Assembly (NCBI GenBank): GCA_017549765.1
Contig: JAFYNM010000008.1
Location: 74,733 to 138,732, forward strand
Source of the DNA: Bacteroidales bacterium
GTDB lineage: Bacteria > Bacteroidota > Bacteroidia > Bacteroidales > WCHB1-69
DNA length: 64,000 nucleotides
Reading direction: 5' to 3'
Part shown: piece after piece, positions 1 through 7,516 of the stretch
How the letters are laid out: each line of letters opens with the position of its first letter
How positions within the stretch are numbered: the stretch's first letter is position 1
Position numbers and translations under genes: made by a program
Notes under the pieces: generated by a model
What the model was told of the DNA's origin: nothing
Database searches by the model: none
Seen by the model: the letters and a program-made list of their open reading frames with translations, nothing else

Positions 1-1718
1 ACCAGAATGTGGACCAAAACGGCAAATACATCTTGAAAGGTATCATCAATACGGTGCGGTGGAATGAACCTGCCCCTGACGGCTCCGGCGGCAAGAAACT
101 TGACCCCGAAGTGCTGACCAACCTCATCAACTACCTGAGCGCAGTGGATTTGAGCAACAAGAATGTGACCGTGGATGTGCTGGGTGATGCATATGAATAC
201 CTGATCAAGCGGTTTGCCGACGAAAACAAGGGCGGCACCATGGCGGGACAGTTCTACACGCCGCAAGAGGTGGTGGACATCATTGTGCGCTACCTAAAAC
301 CGCAGAAAGGCGAGACGGTGTATGATCCCACTTGCGGTTCCGGCGGTTTCCTGCTGAATGCCGCTAAGTACGCCCGCGCCAGCTATGACACACAAAAGAG
401 CATCCGACTTTTCGGACAGGAATTGGTGTGGAACACGTGGGCCATCTGCAACATCAACATGATTCTGCATGGCTTGGATGCCCGCATTGAGCAGGGCGAC
501 ACCATCCGCGACCCGAAATTCAAGGACGAAGAGAATGAGCTGGAACTGCGCACCTTCGACAAGGTTATGGCCAATTTCCCTTTTTCGATGGAGAACTGGG
601 CACAGAACGGAGAACCAAAAAAGGACAAAAATGGCAACACAAAACCGAAGAAGGACGGCACCCCGCAGATTGAATACAAAAAGGAGTTTACGGATGCCTA
701 TAACCGTTTGATTTACGGCATTCCACCATATAGCAACGGCGACTTTGCCTTCTTGCAGCATATCATCGCTTCGTTGGATGAGAAAGGCAAGGCCGGTGTG
801 GTGTGTCCGCAGGGTGTTTTGTTCCGCGGACAGCCCGAAAAGACCGAAGAGGAAGACGGCCAGAACCGCAAGGCTGATGTGGAATACCTGATTCGACGCG
901 GTTTCCTGCAAGGAGTGGACTTCTCGCAGCATACCAACATCATTGATGCCATTGTGGTGCTGCCGGGCAACCTATTTTACGGTACGACCATCCCCGGTGC
1001 CATCATCTTTTTCGACAAAAACAAGCCCGAGGAGCGCAAAGACAAGGTGCTGATGGTGTATGCCGCCAAGAAGGGCTGGTGCCGCGAAGAGGCCAACATG
1101 AGCGTGTTGGAACCACAGGATGTGCTGCGCATCTCCACCATTTTGGAAAGTTGGGGCGATGTGGAAAAGGCCAAGCATTGGATCAAACTCCAGAAAAACC
1201 GGTTGCATATCCGCATTGAAGAGGAGTTGGATTTCCAGCTTTCCGAAATTGAAAACGATACCAAAGAAGAGATTGCCAAGCAAACCGATAAGTTGGCCAA
1301 AGCCCAATTGGCGGTACAAAACAAAGTGGATAATAACAAGAAGCCAACTGCCGGAGAGTTGAAGGCCGTGGAGGCTGCGCAGAAAGCGTTGGACAAATTG
1401 CTGGCCGACAAGACGGCACGAGAGAACGCCGCCAACGAAAAAGCCGTGAAGCAGCGCAAAGCCATTGCCGACGTGGAGGCGGAACTTTTGCAGATGCTGG
1501 CTGACCCCGAACTGCGCAAGCGTTATTTCTCCATCGTGGATATGGGCGAGATTGAGGAGAACGAGTTCAACCTCAACATCCCGCGCTATGTGGATACCTT
1601 CGAGCCGGAAGAGCAGATTGATTTGAAGCAAGCCATTGCCGATTTCAAGGCGGCGATGCAAGCGGAAACAACGGTGGAGAAGGAGTTGGAGAAACTGTTG
1701 GAAACAATTGATAATTAA
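1..1718 (+). CDS. hsdM: Type I restriction-modification methyltransferase subunit (5' end outside window)
   Basis: DVLGDAYEYLI, GQFYTP, SAM-binding YDPTCGSGGFL, motif IV variant ANFPF, C-terminal FNLNIPRYVDT. The frame is open back to the window edge. Confidence 0.95.
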   Translation, partial: QNVDQNGKYILKGIINTVRWNEPAPDGSGGKKLDPEVLTNLINYLSAVDLSNKNVTVDVLGDAYEYLIKRFADENKGGTMAGQFYTPQEVVDIIVRYLKPQKGETVYDPTCGSGGFLLNAAKYARASYDTQKSIRLFGQELVWNTWAICNINMILHGLDARIEQGDTIRDPKFKDEENELELRTFDKVMANFPFSMENWAQNGEPKKDKNGNTKPKKDGTPQIEYKKEFTDAYNRLIYGIPPYSNGDFAFLQHIIASLDEKGKAGVVCPQGVLFRGQPEKTEEEDGQNRKADVEYLIRRGFLQGVDFSQHTNIIDAIVVLPGNLFYGTTIPGAIIFFDKNKPEERKDKVLMVYAAKKGWCREEANMSVLEPQDVLRISTILESWGDVEKAKHWIKLQKNRLHIRIEEELDFQLSEIENDTKEEIAKQTDKLAKAQLAVQNKVDNNKKPTAGELKAVEAAQKALDKLLADKTARENAANEKAVKQRKAIADVEAELLQMLADPELRKRYFSIVDMGEIEENEFNLNIPRYVDTFEPEEQIDLKQAIADFKAAMQAETTVEKELEKLLETIDN

Positions 1719-1730
1719 TAGTTTACGAGA

Positions 1731-3467
1731 ATGGGAGAATTCGACATACATACATTGCAACATCAGCCCGAAGGGCAGCAGTTCGACCGCAAGAGCTTTC
1801 GGATTGATGCAAAATCATTGGCGGTGATACTGGTTGCTTTTGCCAATGCCGATGGTGGCGATGTGGTGATAGGCATAGAGGATGACGGCCGTATTACGGG
1901 CATCAACGGGAACGACGACCATCTGAATGAGTTGCTCAGAGCCCCTTTCGATTTCTGTGTCCCCTCGGTAAACGTTGAGGTGCATTTCATTGATTGCACT
2001 GATGCAAATGGAACTCCCAATCGGGTTTTAGTGATGCATGTTGAACCCAGCATGCAGGTGCATGCCAACCAAGCCGACGACGCTTTCTATCGGGTTGGCG
2101 ACAAGTCGAAAAAACTGAATTTTGAGATGCGTATGCAGTTGTTCTATGCCAAAGGCGGCCGCTATTACGAAGACGAGCCTGTTTATGGAGCAACTATGGA
2201 CGACTTAGACCTTGACTATGTTAAGGAGTTTTGCGACAAAATAGGTTATGCCAAAGATGCCGAGACTTACCTGCGTACCAACAAAGGCTATGTTACCACT
2301 GCGAACGGAGCGGATAAAGTTTCCGGGGCGGCCATCTTGTTGTTCGGCAAGGACCCGCAGAAGTTTTTCCAACGTGCACGAATCCGCATTGTACGTTACG
2401 ACGGCGATGAGGAACGTTTTGGACGGGAAATGAACGTGGTGAAAGATGTGTCGTTTGAGGGGCGCATTGTGGAGATGACGCAAAAGGCCATTGATTTTGT
2501 GGACACACAGATAAAGGAATACAGCTTTTTGGGCGAGGACGCCCGATTTGTCACCATTCCCCAGTATCCGCCTTTCTGCTGGACAGAGCTCATCGTGAAT
2601 GCCGTGGCTCACCGCGACTACAGCATATTGGGCACGGACATCATAGTGAAAATTTTCGACCACCATTATGTGGTGGAAAGTCCGGGCATATTGCCGGGCA
2701 TGGTGCGCATCGACAATATACGGCAGATGCACTTCTCGCGCAATCCGAAAATTGTCCAGTTTATGCAGCAGTACAAGCTGGTGAAGGAGTTCGGCGAAGG
2801 CGTTGACCGTATGTTCCGCGAAATGGCCGAAGCCGGCAACCCTGCGCCGGAGTATAAGCAGATAGATTTTATGCTGAAGGTGAAACTCACCTCGGCAATG
2901 AGGGAAGAAAAAGATACCGCGAAAAAAAGTAACATGAAAAGTAACATGATACTCGAAAAAAGCAGCGTCAAAAACGAGCATCTTATCATAGAAACCATCA
3001 AGGCAAACCCTTCGGCTCCGATTCCTATTTTTCAGAAAATCACAGGATTGTCAAGAAGTGGTATTTGGAAGATTCTCAATAGGTTGCGCGAAAATGAAGT
3101 TGTCCGCCGCATCGGTTCCGACAGAGATGGTTACTGGGAAATTGTGGAGAAAAGCGAAATGGAAGGCGCATTGAAAAGCAAGAAAAAAAATAAAAATGGC
3201 ATTGCAAATGACACTGTAAATAGCACTGAAAATGGCACTGAAAATGCCCTAGAAAATGACACTGTAAACGACCGAATGGATAATGAAAAAAAGTTGTTGT
3301 TTGCAATTATAGAGCATCCCAACTATACATACGAGCAATATGCGGAACTGATTCATATTTCCAGAAGGACAATTGCAAGGATGTTGAAGAATTTGCATGA
3401 AAACGGCATCATCCGCCGCGTGGGTCCCGATAAGGGTGGCCATTGGGAAGTAATTGGGAATGAATAA
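1731..3467 (+). CDS. AlbA_2 (Schlafen-like) / RecG C-terminal-like (HATPase_c_4) protein with two C-terminal wHTH domains
   Basis: EGQQFDRKS and AFANADGG..IGIEDDG (AlbA_2). ELIVNAVAHRDY, SRNP and GEGV motifs. Two RRxG..xGxWE wHTH endings. Confidence 0.85.
   Translation: MGEFDIHTLQHQPEGQQFDRKSFRIDAKSLAVILVAFANADGGDVVIGIEDDGRITGINGNDDHLNELLRAPFDFCVPSVNVEVHFIDCTDANGTPNRVLVMHVEPSMQVHANQADDAFYRVGDKSKKLNFEMRMQLFYAKGGRYYEDEPVYGATMDDLDLDYVKEFCDKIGYAKDAETYLRTNKGYVTTANGADKVSGAAILLFGKDPQKFFQRARIRIVRYDGDEERFGREMNVVKDVSFEGRIVEMTQKAIDFVDTQIKEYSFLGEDARFVTIPQYPPFCWTELIVNAVAHRDYSILGTDIIVKIFDHHYVVESPGILPGMVRIDNIRQMHFSRNPKIVQFMQQYKLVKEFGEGVDRMFREMAEAGNPAPEYKQIDFMLKVKLTSAMREEKDTAKKSNMKSNMILEKSSVKNEHLIIETIKANPSAPIPIFQKITGLSRSGIWKILNRLRENEVVRRIGSDRDGYWEIVEKSEMEGALKSKKKNKNGIANDTVNSTENGTENALENDTVNDRMDNEKKLLFAIIEHPNYTYEQYAELIHISRRTIARMLKNLHENGIIRRVGPDKGGHWEVIGNE
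3195..3266 (+). repeat. Degenerate 12-bp in-frame tandem repeat (six units) in the linker between the wHTH domains
   Basis: aatggcattgca/aatgacactgta/aatagcactgaa/aatggcactgaa/aatgccctagaa/aatgacactgta. Confidence 0.8.
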
Positions 3468-3493
3468 TGTACAATTGACAATGAACAATGATG
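3452..3493 (+). repeat. Heptamer tandem array (AATnnnn x6) at the albA/hsdS junction
   Basis: aattggg aatgaat aatgtac aattgac aatgaac aatgatg. Confidence 0.7.
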
Positions 3494-4726
3494 GAGAAAA
3501 TAGGCAAATACATAACCAACTATATAAAGGGTAAAACGCCGAAAGTTTTGTTCGACAGCGAATTGTTGGACACCTTGCCGTATTTGTCCCCTGACTATTT
3601 AAGAGGTGTTTCCAACCCAGAATTGTATGCAAAGCAAGATGCAAAAACTATTGTGATAGATGACGGTGAGGTGATTGTGTTGTGGGATGGCAGTAATGCT
3701 GGTGAAATATTGATTTCCAAGAAGGGGATTTTAGCATCAACAATGACGATGCTAAAATTTGATAAAACAGAGATAAACAAAGCGTATTTCGGTTATTCTT
3801 TCCAGAACTTGGAGTATATTTTGAAAGCAAAAACGGCAGGTTCTGGCATTCCTCACGCAGACAAAGGCGTTATTAGCAAATTGGAATTTTACAAGCCCTC
3901 TCTTCCCGAACAGACCGCCATTGCCAATATTCTCTCGAAGGTGGACGAGGCGATAGCGGCGGTGCAGGGCAGCATTGCCGCCGCCGAGCGGCTGAAGAAG
4001 AGCCTGATGCAGAACCTCCTCACCGGCCGCATGAAACCCGACGGCACACTCCGCAAAGATGATGAGTTCTATATGGACGAGAAGTTCGGAAAAGTGCCGA
4101 AGGGGTGGGAAGTGAAAAGATTAAAAGACATTTGCTTAAATTCTGGTGATTATGGAGCCAATGCTTCAGCAATTGACTATGATGAAACCAAGCCACGTTT
4201 TATCAGAATTACAGATATTGACGATTTTGGTCAACTTTTGGAGGATGGGAAAGCTGGAATGGCTGGCGACAACTATTCGAAATACCTGTTGGAAGAAGAT
4301 GATTTTCTTTTCGCAAGAACAGGTGATACGGTTGGAAAGTCTCTTTTGTACAAAAAAGAAATGGGACTTGCAGTTTATGCAGGCTATTTAATAAAATTCT
4401 CGTTTGATAAGAGCAAGGTTTTGCCAGAGTATTTTGATTTGATTGCAAAATCGGAGTTCTTTGAAGCATTTAAAATAGCGATGAAACGTGTTGGTGCAAA
4501 ACCGAATATAAATTCGAGAGAATACTGTTCTTTTAGGTTCCTGTTGCCATCAGATACTGAAGAACAAAAAGAGATTTATAGAAAATTTGCTAATATAGAT
4601 AAATCACAAAAGTCGAAACAACAAAAAATCACCACCCTTGAGCGGTTGAAGAAATCGCTGATGCAGAATCTGCTGACGGGGAGGGTGAGAGTAAAAGAAA
4701 AAACATTTAAATATTATAACATATGA
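3488..4726 (+). CDS. hsdS: Type I RM specificity subunit
   Basis: Two variable TRDs, with the conserved repeat ERLKKSLMQNLLTGR twice, PSLPEQTAIA and VPKGWEVKRL. Confidence 0.95.
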   Translation: MMEKIGKYITNYIKGKTPKVLFDSELLDTLPYLSPDYLRGVSNPELYAKQDAKTIVIDDGEVIVLWDGSNAGEILISKKGILASTMTMLKFDKTEINKAYFGYSFQNLEYILKAKTAGSGIPHADKGVISKLEFYKPSLPEQTAIANILSKVDEAIAAVQGSIAAAERLKKSLMQNLLTGRMKPDGTLRKDDEFYMDEKFGKVPKGWEVKRLKDICLNSGDYGANASAIDYDETKPRFIRITDIDDFGQLLEDGKAGMAGDNYSKYLLEEDDFLFARTGDTVGKSLLYKKEMGLAVYAGYLIKFSFDKSKVLPEYFDLIAKSEFFEAFKIAMKRVGAKPNINSREYCSFRFLLPSDTEEQKEIYRKFANIDKSQKSKQQKITTLERLKKSLMQNLLTGRVRVKEKTFKYYNI

Positions 4727-5787
4727 CAGATAGTGCAGCGAATAATTTGAAAGGAATAACCTTAAAAACGGGTTGGACAGTTATTGAAAAAATCACTAAG
4801 GATGATAATTCTACAGGTTCCGTATTTTCAATTTGTTATAAGGTAAAGAAAAACGATAACATATGCTTTCTAAAAGCTTTTAATTTCACACCTTTTTTCC
4901 AATTATCTGAACAAAGTGGGCAAAACCGTTCTATTACTGATATCATTGGCGATATGATTAATGCTTATAAATATGAAAGAGATCTTTCTAAACACTGTAA
5001 AATGGGACATGTGACCAAGGTCGCTTTCGTCATTGATTCTGGAGAAGAAATTATTCCAAACTTTTCTATCAATATTGTTCCATATCTGATATTTGAGCTA
5101 GCTGACGGTGATGTCAGGCACAACCTTCAATATTCAGAAAGATTAGACCTTGCATGGAAATTGAATTCATTACGTGAAGTTGCTACTGGGCTCAAACAAT
5201 TACATAACGTAAATGTTTCGCATCAAGATTTGAAGCCATCAAATATTTTACTTTTTGACAAGGAGTCAAAAATTGGAGATCTAGGACGGTCTATGTGTAA
5301 AGATATTGAAAACCAATACAATAATCAAATATATTCTGGAGATTGGAATTATGCACCGCCAGAATTAATGTATGGTTATTATGAACAAGATTGGGAAAAA
5401 CGAGCTTACGCTACCGATTGTTATCTATTGGGGAGTATGGTTGTTTTTTATTTTGCAGGAATCAGCATGTCTGCATTATTGCTAAAACATATTCCAAACG
5501 AATTTAGATGGGAGAATTATAGAGGTTCTTTTGATGAAGTAAAACCCTATTTGATCGCTGCCTTCGGTGATGCTATGACTGAATTTTCTAATTGTATTGA
5601 GTTGGAGTATTTTCGAAATGAGCTAAAACAAATAGTAGAATATCTTTGTTTCCCATTTCCGGAAAAAAGAGGACATCCCAAGAATATTGCAAGTGTTGGA
5701 AATAGTTATAGTCTTGAGCGATTTATTACAAAATTTGAATTATTAAGAAGAAAAGCAGAATTAAATATAAAAACATGGCAGCAATAA
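4723..5787 (+). CDS. Hanks-type Ser/Thr protein kinase (cytoplasmic, non-RD)
   Basis: FLKA (catalytic Lys), HQDLKPSN catalytic loop, KIGDLG, YAPPE, TDCYLLG. ATGA overlap with the hsdS stop codon. Confidence 0.92.
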   Translation: MTDSAANNLKGITLKTGWTVIEKITKDDNSTGSVFSICYKVKKNDNICFLKAFNFTPFFQLSEQSGQNRSITDIIGDMINAYKYERDLSKHCKMGHVTKVAFVIDSGEEIIPNFSINIVPYLIFELADGDVRHNLQYSERLDLAWKLNSLREVATGLKQLHNVNVSHQDLKPSNILLFDKESKIGDLGRSMCKDIENQYNNQIYSGDWNYAPPELMYGYYEQDWEKRAYATDCYLLGSMVVFYFAGISMSALLLKHIPNEFRWENYRGSFDEVKPYLIAAFGDAMTEFSNCIELEYFRNELKQIVEYLCFPFPEKRGHPKNIASVGNSYSLERFITKFELLRRKAELNIKTWQQ

Positions 5788-7322
5788 TTGAAGAAAAAGA
5801 ACGCAGGGTTATTCCCAATTGGCGTTCATTTGAGATCACAGCTTCTTTAGGAGAATTAAATGCAAATAAATTAAAAAGCAAGGATTTTTCTAAATTATCT
5901 ATTGATTCATACATACGAGATTTTCGGAACAATTCCAGTGTTCCATTTGCTGCCGATTTGATAAGTGCTGCTTTAGTAAATGGATTCGATGACAATAACA
6001 ATGTTAAAGATGCAGCACAATTCTTGTTAAACAATAAACAAAAAATAACCACGTCGCAAGAAGAATTGGCATATAGAATACTTAATGGTCCAATTGGTTC
6101 ACAGGATGTAATTGAGGGTATTACAATTAAACAATTAAACGATTGTATAACTAATCAAGACTTTATAAAAAGAATTAGAGTGTTAAAACAGCATCTTATC
6201 GAGTTCCCATATAATCCAATTGCATGGGTTGAGCTGTCTCGGTGTTATTCTATTCTTGGACAAGAGGGAAAAGCTATGCAGACCATGAAATATGCCGTGC
6301 AATTGTCTCCTGATAATAGATTCGTAATTAGAAGTGCCACGCGATTATTTACTCATTATGACGAACTTGATTTAGCACAATATGTGTTGCGTCATAGCGG
6401 AATGTTACGAAAAGATCCATGGTTGCTTTCTGCAGAAATATCTGTAAATACACTGAAAGGGAAAGTTTCAAATTTACTAAAACGAGGAATTGAAATCATC
6501 GATTCAAACAACTATTCTCCTTTTTCAACAACCGAATTAGCTGCATCTATTGGTACTGTTCATTTGTTGGCAGGAGATAGAAAGAAAAGCAGAAAATTGT
6601 TTACCCAATCACTTGTTTCCCCTAATGATAATTCAATTGCCCAAGTTGAATGGGTCTTGAATAGCAAAGACAAGAGTTTGTTTGATAAAGGCGCAATTAA
6701 CATCAAAACGCAGTATAGTTATGAAGCTATGGCAATATATAATTTCTATAATAATAATCTAATAGATGCTTTGAATAATGCATGCCAATGGTTTTGTGAC
6801 ATGCCGTTTTCAAAAAGGCCAGTTATGATGGGAAGTTGTGTTGCTGATTTACTAAACAATAAAAATCTTGCAATAACTTTTTTAAAAAAAGGCCTAATGT
6901 CCAATTCCAATGATTGTCAATTATTGAACAATATTGCATACTACTATGCTTTGGAAAACAATCTTGACGAAGCAAATAAATACATAGAACGAATTGATCA
7001 CAAACTAGTTGGAGAGGTAGATGGTATTTGCATAACGGCAACAAAAGGACTGATCAAATTCCGTGAAAAAGATTATGAATGTGGTCGTGAATTATATCTC
7101 CGTGCAATTGATAGCACCACCATGTTAAGAAATAAAGAACTTAACTATAAAGCGATTTTGAATTATACGAGAGAAGAAATTATGGCTAAGTCGGATCATA
7201 TAGAACCTGCTATGAATTTAATAAGTGAAATGAAAGATATAGATAATATGAGTATTGAGATCAAAAAAATTCATTCCGAAGTTGTTGAGTTATATCAAAA
7301 GAATAAAGAAAGTAATATTTGA
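5775..7322 (+). CDS. TPR-repeat protein coupled to the kinase
   Basis: TPR-like units (PYNPIAWVELSRCYSILGQEGKAMQTMKYAVQLSPDN; QLLNNIAYYYALENNLDEA). 13-nt overlap with the kinase. AT-rich. Confidence 0.8.
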   Translation: MAAIIEEKERRVIPNWRSFEITASLGELNANKLKSKDFSKLSIDSYIRDFRNNSSVPFAADLISAALVNGFDDNNNVKDAAQFLLNNKQKITTSQEELAYRILNGPIGSQDVIEGITIKQLNDCITNQDFIKRIRVLKQHLIEFPYNPIAWVELSRCYSILGQEGKAMQTMKYAVQLSPDNRFVIRSATRLFTHYDELDLAQYVLRHSGMLRKDPWLLSAEISVNTLKGKVSNLLKRGIEIIDSNNYSPFSTTELAASIGTVHLLAGDRKKSRKLFTQSLVSPNDNSIAQVEWVLNSKDKSLFDKGAINIKTQYSYEAMAIYNFYNNNLIDALNNACQWFCDMPFSKRPVMMGSCVADLLNNKNLAITFLKKGLMSNSNDCQLLNNIAYYYALENNLDEANKYIERIDHKLVGEVDGICITATKGLIKFREKDYECGRELYLRAIDSTTMLRNKELNYKAILNYTREEIMAKSDHIEPAMNLISEMKDIDNMSIEIKKIHSEVVELYQKNKESNI

Positions 7323-7337
7323 TAATTGTCAATTGAA

Positions 7338-7475
7338 ATGAAAACTTCCATCCGCTTCTATAACGACCGCGAGGTGTCTTCGGTGCCTTCGACAAGCTCA
7401 GGCACCGTAATAGAAAAACAAACTTCCACACCGAGAAGACCGGTGGTTGAGCCTGTCGAAACCACCGCAGAATAA
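7338..7475 (+). pseudogene. 45-codon remnant: N-terminus of a Bacteroidota Fic/BRO-like protein fused to REP-derived sequence
   Basis: Translates MKTSIRFYNDREV, then SSVPSTSSGTV...PVVEPVETTAE*. The first 13 aa resemble the start of Fic-family proteins (recalled, not searched). Confidence 0.5.
7381..7467. repeat. Inverted pair of REP-like palindromes (REPIN-like doublet)
   Basis: CGGTGCC-TTCGACAAGCTCA-GGCACCG (7381-7407). The reverse complement of 7441-7467 is CGGTGGT-TTCGACAGGCTCA-ACCACCG. Confidence 0.8.
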
Positions 7476-7476
7476 T

Positions 7477-7511
7477 AATTGTACATTGTACATTGTTAAT
7501 TGTAAATTAAA
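7477..7511 (-). repeat. Heptamer tandem array upstream of hsdR, inverted relative to the 3452-3493 array
   Basis: aattgta cattgta cattgtt aattgta aattaaa. The reverse complement contains aatttac aattaac aatgtac aatgtac. Confidence 0.7.
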
Positions 7512-7516
7512 AAGTT

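Noticed and set aside
7381-7467. CRISPR mini-array
   Set aside because: Only two units, in inverted orientation, and no cas genes. It fits a REP doublet better.
3488-7516. Invertase-driven hsdS shufflon
   Set aside because: There is only one hsdS and no recombinase or silent TRD copies in the window. The region upstream of hsdM is not visible.
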